From a bacterium (GTDB lineage Bacteria; Planctomycetota; Planctomycetia; Pirellulales; Pirellulaceae), in the NCBI GenBank assembly GCA_024743355.1, contig JANSWS010000002.1:2475-66474 (forward strand): 64,000 nucleotides of DNA, read 5' to 3'. Position numbers and translations under genes: made by a program. Positions 9,820 through 19,421 of this stretch are shown piece by piece. A model generated the notes under the pieces. The model was not told where the DNA came from, did no database searches, and saw nothing but the letters and a program-made list of their open reading frames with translations. Within the stretch, counting starts at the first letter, position 1; every line of letters begins with the position of its first letter.

Positions 9820-11283
9820 TTAACGGGGACCCAGAAGCCGGAAAGAAACCTCTCGCTTGTTCTCGCTCGAGTCGACCACCTGCAACAGGATGGGCTCATT
9901 GCCATCACCAAATGTCAGTCGACTTGGGAAGCGGACATGAATAGGCACCATGGCCGTTTCTCCGGCATCCAGATTCAAGCCTGTTTCGTCTATGACTTCC
10001 AACTCCGCCTCAGTAGGTGACTGGATCGTCAGCTGATACCGCTGAGCCTCGTCGGTGCGATTAACCAATCGCAGATTGAATGAGTTGACCACGGTGCGTT
10101 CAATCGTTGTAAAGGGAGCGCCCTTACCGCGAATGATGCGAGCGTCAAACCCGTACTTGGTCGACAGTGCGAAAGCCAGAGCAGAAACCAGCCCCACCAA
10201 AACGAGCGGATAAATGATGGTTCGGGCTCGCAAAAATCTTCGCTGCTTGCCCTCCAAGGATTCCTGGGACGTGTAGCGAATTAATCCTCGAGGAAGGCCA
10301 ACTTTGTCCATGACCGTATCGCAAGCATCGATGCACTGCGTGCAGTTAATGCACTCCATCTGCAAGCCGTTTCGAATGTCGATGCCGGTTGGGCAAACAA
10401 CCACGCATTGGTTGCAGTCAACGCAATGCCCAGCCTTATCCTCCAGATTGTGCTTGCCCTTCTTGCGAGGCTCACCGCGATTGTAGTCGTAAGCCACGAT
10501 CAGCGACTGTCGATCCAGCATCACGGACTGAAATCTGCCGTAGGGGCAAGCAATCAAGCAAGTCTGCTCGCGGAAGAAGTAGAAGTCATAGGTCAGCAGT
10601 CCCGTCGTGACCGCCATCACCGCAAAACCGGCAGGGTGCTCCATAGGCGAGCCCCGCATCCAGGTCGCCAGTCGTTCGGGACCGACAAAGTAGGCCAGGA
10701 AGGTGTGGGCTAAGAACATGCACAACAGCACATACAGACCAAAGCGGACTAGCTCCAGGAGTCCCGAGAGTTTGCGTTTAGCTTGACCACCTTTGCCCAC
10801 GGTGCCTTCGAACAGCCGGTCAATAGGGCGAAATAGAAATTCGATATATACCGTTTGGGGGCAAGCCCAGCCGCACCAGGCGCGACCGGTGACCGCCGTG
10901 ATAAAGACGATGCTGATGAACGCAGTCAGCATCGTCAATGCCAAGAGCAGCGTATCCGTTGGCAAGAACGTATGCCCGAAAATGGTGAATTCACGGGCGG
11001 CGATATCCAATTGAATGAGCGGTTTGCCACCGATGCGGATATAGGGCACGACGACAAAGATCAACATAAGGACATAGGCCAGGATGCGGCGACGGTGCCA
11101 CCACAGGCCTTGCGACAGTTTGGGACGCAACCAGCGTCTTTTGCCATCTCTCTCCAGCGTGCTCAGCACGTGTTCAGGTGGTGGAAGCAAGGGCCCGTTG
11201 CCACCTTCCGGCATGCCTTGGGCAATGTTGGCCTCGCTAGATTCCTTTCGCTCTTTCGTAACGGATTCGCTCATGGTATTCAC
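9820..11283 (-). CDS. ccoG: Cytochrome c oxidase accessory protein CcoG
   Basis: GRAWCGWACPQTVY, CLIACPYGRFQ and CVDCNQCVVVCPTGIDIRNGLQMECINCTQCIDAC motifs. Confidence 0.97.
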   Translation of the reverse strand: MNTMSESVTKERKESSEANIAQGMPEGGNGPLLPPPEHVLSTLERDGKRRWLRPKLSQGLWWHRRRILAYVLMLIFVVVPYIRIGGKPLIQLDIAAREFTIFGHTFLPTDTLLLALTMLTAFISIVFITAVTGRAWCGWACPQTVYIEFLFRPIDRLFEGTVGKGGQAKRKLSGLLELVRFGLYVLLCMFLAHTFLAYFVGPERLATWMRGSPMEHPAGFAVMAVTTGLLTYDFYFFREQTCLIACPYGRFQSVMLDRQSLIVAYDYNRGEPRKKGKHNLEDKAGHCVDCNQCVVVCPTGIDIRNGLQMECINCTQCIDACDTVMDKVGLPRGLIRYTSQESLEGKQRRFLRARTIIYPLVLVGLVSALAFALSTKYGFDARIIRGKGAPFTTIERTVVNSFNLRLVNRTDEAQRYQLTIQSPTEAELEVIDETGLNLDAGETAMVPIHVRFPSRLTFGDGNEPILLQVVDSSENKREVSFRLLGPR

Positions 11284-11288
11284 ATCTT

Positions 11289-11912
11289 TCAGGCGCCCTC
11301 TTCGGACGCCGTCTCTTGATTCGCCTCACCGCTGGCCGCGGAATCGGAGAGTTCCGGCCATGGCGGAATCACATTGCCTTCCGGCCCCTTGCCGTCTGCG
11401 TTTTGGCCTCGCAGCGACGCGACGTAAGCTGACACCAGCACAACTTCATTGGGGTGCAGCCGGTTCGACCAGGCCGGCATTGCGCCTTTACCAGCCCCGT
11501 CGTTGATGACGCGGGCGATATCTTCAATCTTGCGGACATTCTTGTAAGAGTCGTCCGTCAGGTTGGGCCCAACTTTGCCTTCTCCGACCCGTCCGTGACA
11601 AGAAACGCAATTGGTCTTGTAAACCACGGCTCCCACCTTGAGCCAGTTGTCTTTGTTCATGTAGGCCACCAACGTGGACTCATTCGGTTGCAGATCACCG
11701 ATTTCCTGAAACTGCAAGCGCGTGTTGGCTGCGAGTTCCGTATCGTACTGGTCGATGATCGTTCTTCCCGGAGCTCCGATGTGGAAGTACATCGCGTAGA
11801 AGAAACTGAAAACAATCGTGCCCACGAACATCCATGTCCACCAACCAGGCAGTGGGTTGTCATATTCTTGGATGCCATCGTAGGCATGCTCTTTGAGGGC
11901 TTCATTACTCAT
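11289..11912 (-). CDS. ccoP: cbb3-type oxidase subunit III CcoP (short, one heme)
   Basis: HAYDGIQEYDNPLPGWW N-terminus, single CVSCH, GPNLTD and MPAW motifs. Start refined to ATG 11912. Confidence 0.92.
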   Translation of the reverse strand: MSNEALKEHAYDGIQEYDNPLPGWWTWMFVGTIVFSFFYAMYFHIGAPGRTIIDQYDTELAANTRLQFQEIGDLQPNESTLVAYMNKDNWLKVGAVVYKTNCVSCHGRVGEGKVGPNLTDDSYKNVRKIEDIARVINDGAGKGAMPAWSNRLHPNEVVLVSAYVASLRGQNADGKGPEGNVIPPWPELSDSAASGEANQETASEEGA

Positions 11913-12084
11913 CGCGTGGATCCTGGACTTTATCGCTGAGGGGAATCGAGGCAAAACGGTCTGTCGACTCTCGGCTCAGCCTGAGAGCACCGTACAGCAT
12001 GATGCCGAACGCAATCACAAAAAGCAGCAGAGCCGCCTCGGCGCAATCGGAATAGTCGAGCGCGCTGACAATGTCTTTAATCAT
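11905..12084 (-). CDS. ccoQ: cbb3-type oxidase subunit IV CcoQ (59 aa, absent from the ORF track)
   Basis: Hand translation MIKDIVSALDYSDCAEAALLLFVIAFGIMLYGALRLSRESTDRFASIPLSDKVQDPRDE. One TM helix and an FASIPL motif. Lies between ccoO and ccoP and overlaps the ccoP start. Confidence 0.85.
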   Translation of the reverse strand: MIKDIVSALDYSDCAEAALLLFVIAFGIMLYGALRLSRESTDRFASIPLSDKVQDPRDE

Positions 12085-12147
12085 GGCAAATCAATGTGGA
12101 AATAGTTTTGTAACTTGGCCGACGCTTGAACCGCAAGCGTGCGTCAG

Positions 12148-14523
12148 CTATTCATCCGCCAATGCCAGTTTGTCCTGGGCATTCGCGGCTTCCGTATCGT
12201 TCTCTTCCGCCAAAACCTCTTCGGCGGCCTCACCCGGAACATCGCCGGGGGATTCTGTCTCAGCGGGTTCTTCCGTGCGGAAGTAATCCACACCCACGCG
12301 TTGCAAGTAGGCAATCAAGGCCGTGGCTTGCTTGTCAAACTTGCCCGCGGGTCCACCCTGGCTGACGATCTCGGCCGCGATGACCTCGGCTTGTTGGCGC
12401 GAAAGTTCTTCGGCATTCTCCAGCTCCTCGTCCGAATAGGGCGCACCGAGCATCGAGGCTGCCCTCACAAGCGGCGGAATGGCTTCGAACTTTAGATCTT
12501 TTTCCAGCAAGTGCTCATAGCTTGGCATGACCGAGCCCTCAGAAACCAGGGATGGATTCTCGAAGTGCGTCCAGTGCCAGAAGCTGCTCTGCTTTCCGCC
12601 TTCGCGAGCCAAGTCCGGTCCGATACGACGGCTGCCCCACTGGAAGGGGCGATCGTAAATGAACTCGCCCGGCTTGCTGTATTCACCATAGCGCTTGGTT
12701 TCCGCCACCATCGGGCGAATCTGCTGCGAATGGCAGTTGTAACAGCCTTCGGAAACATAGATTTCACGTCCGGCCAGCTCCAAGGGTGTATAGGGTTTGA
12801 CCGTGGCAATAGTCGGAACGTTGCTGCGGATCAAAAACGTGGGAATGATTTCGAACAACGAGGCCACGATCACGGCAATCGTGGTGAGCACGGTGAACTT
12901 GACCGGCAACCTCTCCCAGCTTCGGTGCCAGCTCATTTGCGACCAGACATCCAGTTTCTTGCCAAACTCCAAAACCGGTGCACCTGCTAGTTCAGTGGTT
13001 GGGGCAGGCGCATGATCGTGATATTCCCTGGCCAGGCGCGGAGCCTGGATAACGGGCACTTCGTAAGTTGCAGGACGACTCATCCAGGTCATCAACGCGT
13101 TGTAGGCCAGCATCACGACACCGCCTACATAGAGTAAACCGCCGAGAACTCGCATCCACCACAAGGGCACGATCGATTGGGTCGTTTCGATGAAGTCGGG
13201 ATACAGCAACTGTCCCGTCTGTTGGTCGATGGCACGCCACATCAGGCCTTGCATCAGGCCGGCAGCATAGATCGGGATGACATACAGCAGAATGCCAAGG
13301 GTACCCGTCCAGAAATGCAAGCTCATCAACCGGTTGCTCCAAAGCTTGGTCTGGAACAAACGTGGCAAGAGCCAATACACCATGCCAAAGGTCATGAAGC
13401 CATTCCAGCCCAAGGCTCCCGAGTGAACGTGGGCGATGGTCCAGTCCGTGTAGTGGCTCAAGGCATTGACGCTCTTGATCGACAACATGGGACCTTCAAA
13501 AGTGCTCATTCCATAAAAGGTCACACCTACCACAAAGAACTTCAGAATGGGGTCGGCCGCGACCTTGTGCCAGGCGCCACGCAGCGTCAGCAACCCATTG
13601 ATCATTCCTCCCCAACTCGGCATCCACAGCATCAGGCTAAACAGCATGCCCAGCGTGCTGGCCCATTCAGGCAGTGAGGTGTAGTGCAAGTGGTGAGGAC
13701 CTGCCCAGATGTAAATGAAGACCAGCGACCAGAAGTGGATGATACTCAGCTTGTAGCTAAATACCGGACGCTCAGCCGCCTTGGGCAAAAAGTAATACAT
13801 GAGTCCCAGGAAGGGTGTGGTCAAGAAGAAGGCCACAGCATTGTGACCGTACCACCACTGCATGAAGGCATCCTGGACACCCGCGTAAAGCGGAAAGCTG
13901 TGAAACAGCCCGGTCGGCAAAACTAAATTATTGAATACGTGTAACACGGCCACGGTAACGATCGTGGCAATGTAGAACCACAACGCCACGTACATATGAC
14001 GTTCGCGGCGGTGGATCAAAGTCATCATGAAGTTGCCACCGAAAATGAACAGCCACACAACTGCGATGGCTATATCGATGGGCCACACCAACTCCGCGTA
14101 TTCCTTGCTCTGAGTGATGCCCAACGGCAAGGTGACGGCGGCCGCCACAATGATTGCTTGCCAGCCCCAGAAATGGAGGCGACTCAAGGTGTCGCTCCAC
14201 ATCCGCGTTTTGCACAGCCGCTGCGTGCTGTAATACACCGCCGCGAAAATGGCATTTCCCGCAAAAGCGAAAATGGCAGCATTGGTGTGTAAAGGCCTCA
14301 AGCGGCCAAACGAAAACCAAGGTAGGTCGGCAGTCAGCCACGGCACGACCAGAATGATAGCGACAATCAACCCTGCCAGCGTTCCCACCAAGCCCCAGAC
14401 AATTGTGGCTGACACGAACATGCGGACGATTTGATCGTCGTAGGAAAAACTCTCGATCTCGGTCTCAGACCTTGCCGTGGATTCGCTTGCAATTGTCGAC
14501 ATGGGCTTTATCAGTGTTTCCAA
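12148..14523 (-). CDS. ccoNO: Fused cbb3-type cytochrome c oxidase subunits I/II (CcoN-CcoO)
   Basis: GRLRPLHTNA, QWWYGHNAV, WAGPHHLHY and HVHSGALGW motifs, then EGCYNCHSQ and WGSRRIGPDL. Confidence 0.98.
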   Translation of the reverse strand: METLIKPMSTIASESTARSETEIESFSYDDQIVRMFVSATIVWGLVGTLAGLIVAIILVVPWLTADLPWFSFGRLRPLHTNAAIFAFAGNAIFAAVYYSTQRLCKTRMWSDTLSRLHFWGWQAIIVAAAVTLPLGITQSKEYAELVWPIDIAIAVVWLFIFGGNFMMTLIHRRERHMYVALWFYIATIVTVAVLHVFNNLVLPTGLFHSFPLYAGVQDAFMQWWYGHNAVAFFLTTPFLGLMYYFLPKAAERPVFSYKLSIIHFWSLVFIYIWAGPHHLHYTSLPEWASTLGMLFSLMLWMPSWGGMINGLLTLRGAWHKVAADPILKFFVVGVTFYGMSTFEGPMLSIKSVNALSHYTDWTIAHVHSGALGWNGFMTFGMVYWLLPRLFQTKLWSNRLMSLHFWTGTLGILLYVIPIYAAGLMQGLMWRAIDQQTGQLLYPDFIETTQSIVPLWWMRVLGGLLYVGGVVMLAYNALMTWMSRPATYEVPVIQAPRLAREYHDHAPAPTTELAGAPVLEFGKKLDVWSQMSWHRSWERLPVKFTVLTTIAVIVASLFEIIPTFLIRSNVPTIATVKPYTPLELAGREIYVSEGCYNCHSQQIRPMVAETKRYGEYSKPGEFIYDRPFQWGSRRIGPDLAREGGKQSSFWHWTHFENPSLVSEGSVMPSYEHLLEKDLKFEAIPPLVRAASMLGAPYSDEELENAEELSRQQAEVIAAEIVSQGGPAGKFDKQATALIAYLQRVGVDYFRTEEPAETESPGDVPGEAAEEVLAEENDTEAANAQDKLALADE

Positions 14524-14921
14524 TAGAAAGAGTTTGCCGCATTAAGCAAATACATTTGACGTGGTACCCGAAAGCACACGCAGTGCCAGACGTGCATCAA
14601 GTCACAGAAGTAGATGGATAAGTCTTATACAAAACGTGGATCTATGCAGCCTCGTGTGCCAGTTTGCCGCAGACAATCGGCGTCGCGTGGCGTGCGAAAT
14701 ACTCGCGACGTTCCACTTTGCCACACTCCGGCGCGCGTCGCAACCGCCAAGCCGTGCTGACTCGCACACTTTGACGGGCTCGCCTCCCTGTCTATCGGCT
14801 GAATCTAAGTTGACCGACGCGAGGGAAGCGAAATTCTCTGGCGATTGCGCTCGAAAGCGAACCCGTTGCGGGCTTTGACGAGGAAAATAACCTGCGGACT
14901 TGGGGCGTTCGATCAATAACT

Positions 14922-14982
14922 GTCGTCTTTCGCTTCCGCGAACGCTACGGAAAACGCTACTTTCGCGGGAGCGAAAGGCGAC
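14922..14982. repeat. REP/REPIN-like long inverted repeat (GTCGCC...GGCGAC family), copy 2
   Basis: 21-bp arms GTCGTCTTTCGCTTCCGCGAA / TTCGCGGGAGCGAAAGGCGAC (two G-U pairs) with a 19-nt loop. Confidence 0.8.
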
Positions 14983-15194
14983 TTTCAAAAGAGTATGCAC
15001 GGGAACGGATGTTCAGAAAACAGCAGTCGCAAACCGTTCAAAACGTTCAGGCTCACCGGCAATTAGCTGCTCTCTGTGTGCAGGGCGACTCTTGGCAGCT
15101 GCGTCCAGCAGTACGCGGCCTGCATCCTCAACTTGCCGTGAACGGCAGGGGCTCCGCTGTCTGAATTCATTGCAAGCCAAACCTGTGCCTCGAC

Positions 15195-15578
15195 CTATCC
15201 ATCCTGGTCAGGCTTGGGGCTGGCTTCGACCGGCTCTTGAATCTGGATATTGCCGTTCATCACTCGCACCCGAAAGGTGTCGATGCTGATTTTTGGATTG
15301 TCCAGCCAGCTGCCATCTTCAATAGAGAAACGCCAGTGATGCCAGGGGCAAGCGACCGCGCAATTTTCAACATAGCCCTCGGCCAAGGATGCACCCTGGT
15401 GAGGACAGAAATCGTCGATGGCGAAGTATTTACCTTGCGAAAGAAAAACCGCGACCATGCGTTTTCCGACCGCAAAGGCGCGACCTTCGCCTTCGGGAAT
15501 ATCACCGACTTTGGCTACCGTTACGTAGGCTGGTTCCGTGGGTTCATCCGAGAACAGCGGCGTTTCCGAGGAAGGCAT
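15195..15578 (-). CDS. Rieske [2Fe-2S] ferredoxin (NirD-like)
   Basis: CPHQGASL and CPWHHWRF motifs. Start refined to ATG 15578, which overlaps the upstream stop (TAATG). Confidence 0.92.
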   Translation of the reverse strand: MPSSETPLFSDEPTEPAYVTVAKVGDIPEGEGRAFAVGKRMVAVFLSQGKYFAIDDFCPHQGASLAEGYVENCAVACPWHHWRFSIEDGSWLDNPKISIDTFRVRVMNGNIQIQEPVEASPKPDQDG

Positions 15579-16264
15579 TAGATGGATACCGTCTTTCCAA
15601 CTTCGAGCACCATGGGCTCGGCGCCCGTGTGTTCGCGGATCGCGGAGGCCCACAGTTCTACATCTTGTTCGATGGGCGGCCAGGTATTGTAGTGGGCGGG
15701 AATCACTACCTTAGGCTCAATTAACTGGACCGCCTCTATGCTATCTTCGGGGCCCATGGTGAACAGATCACCGATCGGCAGCACTGCCACATCGATTCCG
15801 CCCGCCGCGATCTGTCGCATGTCGGAAAACAAAGCCGTGTCGCCGGCGAAATAAAGCCTTCTGTCTGCTAGCTCGAGCAGAAATCCGCCCGGATTCCCTC
15901 CGTAACTCCCATCGGGAAGCTGGCTCGAGTGGTGAGCTACCGTCATCTTCAGGCGTCCAAAGGGCAGGCTTACGCTGCCCCCTAAATTCATGCCTAGCGT
16001 GTCTTCAACGTGGTGATGCTGTTGGAACCAGCTAGCAATTTCGAAGTTCGCAATCAGCTTCGCGGAACAGCGTCGGGCAATGCTGGCCGCATCCGCCACA
16101 TGATCAAAATGCCCATGCGTAATCAGAACGAAATCCGCCGTCAGATCATCCGCCTTTACGGTTGCCGCCGGGTTCTCGTTGACAAAGGGATCGATCAAGA
16201 TGCGATGTTCGCCGGTTTCAAGCAGCCAAGTCGCATGGCCATGCCAGGTTAATTTCAATTCCAT
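15578..16264 (-). CDS. Metal-dependent hydrolase, metallo-beta-lactamase fold (UPF0173)
   Basis: TWHGHA, ITHGHFDHV, YFAGDT and VIPAHYNTW motifs. Confidence 0.93.
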   Translation of the reverse strand: MELKLTWHGHATWLLETGEHRILIDPFVNENPAATVKADDLTADFVLITHGHFDHVADAASIARRCSAKLIANFEIASWFQQHHHVEDTLGMNLGGSVSLPFGRLKMTVAHHSSQLPDGSYGGNPGGFLLELADRRLYFAGDTALFSDMRQIAAGGIDVAVLPIGDLFTMGPEDSIEAVQLIEPKVVIPAHYNTWPPIEQDVELWASAIREHTGAEPMVLEVGKTVSI

Positions 16265-16444
16265 CGAATAAGCTCCTCACGTTCTGGTTTTGAAAAAAGG
16301 TGACGAGAACCAAAATGCAAAGTACCCTACGGGACATTCGGCTTTTGGTCCTGGCACCTTTTCCAATATTCCGTATCGCTACGATCGCGAAGCGATCGGC
16401 GACTATGTCAAAGGTTAGTAATGCACTTGGCCTCACGTTGTGGT

Positions 16445-17866
16445 TCAACGTCCCAGATTTCGGTTCATGTTCTTCTTGTAAGCCTCGACGCCTGGTTGGC
16501 CGTAGGGGTTGATACCCAGCAGTCGCCCCTCGACCACGGTTGCCAACATCAGCATCTGGAAGAACTGCCCCATGAAGTATTCGTCTACACGCGGCATATA
16601 CAGGTTGGTGGTTGCACGCCCGTCATCCTTGAGAGCTTCGTTGGTGCCCGCGATAGCGGCCGACATCACGTCCGGCAGAGATTTGTCGGCAATGTCGTTC
16701 AATTGATCCGGATCCGACTCCCTGTGTCCAATTACTAAGGGATCAAAACGATAGTTTTCAACAATGACATTGTTGATGATTTTGTCGCGGCGGCCTTCTT
16801 GGTGCTGTTGGTGTCTGGAGTGAAGATCGCGGGTATTCACGGTGGTGAGAGGCATCGCGCCTTTTTCAAATTTGCCCAGGCTCTCAGCCAGCAGCTGGTC
16901 ATACCACATGCCGGCGGACTCCAGAGCCTTGCTCCAAACGCTCATCAGTCGGATGCAGGCGCCGCGTTTGGTTTCCATCAGGTGATTGATGGCCGTGTAT
17001 TGGAGAACGATGTTGTCCTGAGCTTTGCTCGTTCGAAAGTGTTCGTTCATGTCGGCAGCACCCTGCAGGAGCTTCATGACGTTGATTCCCATCAGAGCGG
17101 CTGGAACGAGTCCAACGGCGGACAGGACCGAGAATCGCCCGCCCACGCCATCTGGTACGGGAAAGATGTCTTGGCAGCCGAGTTGACTGGCGAAGTCAAA
17201 CAGTTTGCCGCTGGTGCCCGTTACTGGAATGACACGCTGACGCACAAGATCTGCGTTGCCGCCACAGGTCTTCTCTAGTGCATGCAGAAACTGTCGAAAG
17301 GCAGTCGCTGTCTCCAGCGTGCCGCCGCTTTTGCTGATGACCACCAAGCCCCAACTGTCTTCAACACTCCCCTGCCCTTCCGGTTTATGGGCGCCCAGTA
17401 GATGCAGCAGTCCCTGAGACGCATCGTTGTCCACGTTGTTGCCTTCGAAGTAGATTCTCGGTCTACTCCCCCGTTCACCGCGCGAAAGCTCGTTGAAGTA
17501 GGGTTGGCAGCAGGCATCCATCAACGCCCGGGCTCCCATGTAGGAGCCGCCGATGCCCAGCACTACCACGCGGTCGACTTCGGACATGAGTTGCTTGGTA
17601 ACGGCCAAGATCCTTGCCAGCTCGCTGCCCTGACGATCCGCTTCGTATTCCGCCAGCAGCCGTTCGGGCAGCAGGTAGAATCCGGCGTCCAGCGGCTGCT
17701 TGGAATCCGGAGTTGCGATTTCGCCATTCAACATCTTGACGTCGATATCACAAATCTCGTCCCGCAGCTTCTCCAGCTGCGGTCCCAAGCTGGCCACATC
17801 GCTCGGCTCAAGTCCCGTACCGGTCAGATAGGATGCGGACGGGTCAAAGCGGAGCAAGTCGGTCAT
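16445..17866 (-). CDS. pgi: Glucose-6-phosphate isomerase
   Basis: LGIGGSYMGA, VISKSGGTLET, VGGRFSVLS and NPYGQPGVEAYK motifs. Confidence 0.95.
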   Translation of the reverse strand: MTDLLRFDPSASYLTGTGLEPSDVASLGPQLEKLRDEICDIDVKMLNGEIATPDSKQPLDAGFYLLPERLLAEYEADRQGSELARILAVTKQLMSEVDRVVVLGIGGSYMGARALMDACCQPYFNELSRGERGSRPRIYFEGNNVDNDASQGLLHLLGAHKPEGQGSVEDSWGLVVISKSGGTLETATAFRQFLHALEKTCGGNADLVRQRVIPVTGTSGKLFDFASQLGCQDIFPVPDGVGGRFSVLSAVGLVPAALMGINVMKLLQGAADMNEHFRTSKAQDNIVLQYTAINHLMETKRGACIRLMSVWSKALESAGMWYDQLLAESLGKFEKGAMPLTTVNTRDLHSRHQQHQEGRRDKIINNVIVENYRFDPLVIGHRESDPDQLNDIADKSLPDVMSAAIAGTNEALKDDGRATTNLYMPRVDEYFMGQFFQMLMLATVVEGRLLGINPYGQPGVEAYKKNMNRNLGR

Positions 17867-18129
17867 GGAACTAGCCTTTCATGGGTTTTAGTTTTTCAAT
17901 GCCATGGCAAGCGCGCCTGGCAGCGCGAGCTTGCCAGTGGCTCTCGGAGTGAGCGAACTGGCATCTCCGCAGAGCCAGCTTCCCGGCACGTGTGGGATGT
18001 CGATTTCCGCAAAGGAGATGCGTGGAATCTAACGCATGTACGCGATTGTATAAACTCCCTGAAATTCTTTCAGGTAACGAATTCGTTCTTGGGATGCATG
18101 TATCGCCGCTAAGTGGGCGAACAAGTTTC

Positions 18130-18157
18130 TTGACAAGCGGATCTCGGCTGCTATTCT
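18130..18157 (+). promoter_or_regulatory. Putative sigma70 promoter for the cobalamin riboswitch leader
   Basis: TTGACA-N16-TATTCT immediately upstream of the riboswitch. Confidence 0.6.
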
Positions 18158-18167
18158 CTGGTCACGC

Positions 18168-18508
18168 TTGTGGTGGCGGGAAATGCAGCTCATTTCTCGC
18201 GAACAGGGAACCCGGTGAGAATCCGGGACGGACCGGCCGCTGTAAGCTACCGCCTGCACTCTAGTGGCAGTTGCTCATGGGCTTTCCAAGTCACATGGGC
18301 TTTCCAAGTCACATGGGCTTTCCAAGTCACATGGGCTTGCCCTTCACACAGTGCAGTGCCAGACAATCTGCTTCTTGGGACGGCCATTGTTCCCGTATAA
18401 GTTTTCGTCAGGGCTCGAAGCGGCGAAGACGATCGCTGGTCTAAGAAAAACCGGCGGAGGGAATGAGAAGGCAACGGGTTGTCGATGTAGCGAGTCAGAA
18501 GACCTACC
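18168..18508 (+). ncRNA. Cobalamin (AdoCbl-class) riboswitch, extended
   Basis: P2 hairpin GCGGGAAATG/CATTTCTCGC. Core AACAGGGAA-CCCGGTGAGAATCCGGG-ACGGACCGGCCGCTGTAA (18202-18245). B12-box elements GCCATTG (18383) and GAGAAGGC (18465). 3' element GAGTCAGAAGACCTACC (18492-18508). Confidence 0.92.
18276..18338 (+). repeat. 18-bp tandem repeat (3.5 copies) inside the riboswitch
   Basis: CATGGGCTTTCCAAGTCA three times exactly, plus CATGGGCTT. Confidence 0.95.
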
Positions 18509-18587
18509 ACAGGCGAGGTCGAAGCTTTCTCCGGTGGATAGGAAGCCGATCGCGTTCCAGTCTCGCTGTCATACCTGAGGCAATTTT

Positions 18588-19403
18588 ATGCGCCCTTCCT
18601 TGCCAGGCTGCGCCCGCTTGCGGTTGCGCCCAGCGTTTACGCTGGTCGAACTCCTGGTGGTCATTGCCATTATCGGGATTTTGGTATCGCTCCTGCTGCC
18701 TGCTGTACAGGCGGTCCGCGAGGCAGCTCGCAAGGCGAGTTGCCAGAACAATCTGAAGCAGATTGGCATCGCGCTGCACAACTTTCATGATGCCCATCAT
18801 CGGTTGCCGATCGGCTGCGTGGAATGGCGCGGGCCAGGCAAACCCAATACGCACCGTCAGTTCGCTTGGTCCGCTTATCTCTTGCCCTATCTCGAGCAGC
18901 AAAATCTGTTCAACGCAATTGATTTTTCTTTGCCTTTCGATGCACCAGAGAATGCGCAGCCGGCCGCGGTGCGGGTCAGCGTTTTCGAGTGTCCAACTGC
19001 TGACAAACGCGAGCTGATTCGCGGGCAAACCGATTATGGTGGTCTGTTCGGTGAGCGGATGGTCACTCGGCAGGCCGATGATGGTGTTTTTCTTTACGGC
19101 CAGGAAATTGCATTCGAGGATATCCGCGATGGTTTATCCCAAACCATTGCGGTCGCCGAAGATGTGGGTGGACCCGACAGTGAATGGATCAACGGCAAGA
19201 ATGTGTTTGTGCAATCAGGCGGGATCAATGATCCCAATGCATGGATCGGCGATAACGAAATTCGCAGCCGACATCCATCCGGTGCGATGGTTCTGTTCGT
19301 CGACGGCCACGTCGCGTTCCTGGGGGACAGCGTCGACCCTAAAGTTCTGGGTGGACTAATTACCAGAGATGGCCGCGAAGTGGTTCCTGAAAACGCTTAT
19401 TAG
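18588..19403 (+). CDS. DUF1559 prepilin-type N-terminal methylation / H-X9-DG protein
   Basis: AFTLVELLVVIAIIGILVSLLLPAVQAVREAARKASCQNNLKQIG N-terminus and C-terminal RSRHPSGAMVLFVDGHV. Confidence 0.95.
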   Translation: MRPSLPGCARLRLRPAFTLVELLVVIAIIGILVSLLLPAVQAVREAARKASCQNNLKQIGIALHNFHDAHHRLPIGCVEWRGPGKPNTHRQFAWSAYLLPYLEQQNLFNAIDFSLPFDAPENAQPAAVRVSVFECPTADKRELIRGQTDYGGLFGERMVTRQADDGVFLYGQEIAFEDIRDGLSQTIAVAEDVGGPDSEWINGKNVFVQSGGINDPNAWIGDNEIRSRHPSGAMVLFVDGHVAFLGDSVDPKVLGGLITRDGREVVPENAY

Positions 19404-19421
19404 TCTTATTGATTCTTATTG

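Noticed and set aside
14524-14900. FNR box upstream of ccoNO
   Set aside because: No TTGAT-N4-ATCAA match with two good half-sites was found, only isolated ATCAA or TTGAC half-sites.
14602-15289. Small ORFs between ccoNO and the Rieske gene
   Set aside because: No protein-like composition or motifs, and they overlap a repeat element. The region is probably regulatory.
18264-18578. Leader peptide ORF with HGLSKS repeats
   Set aside because: It is a translation of the 18-bp repeat inside the riboswitch. There is no independent evidence for coding.
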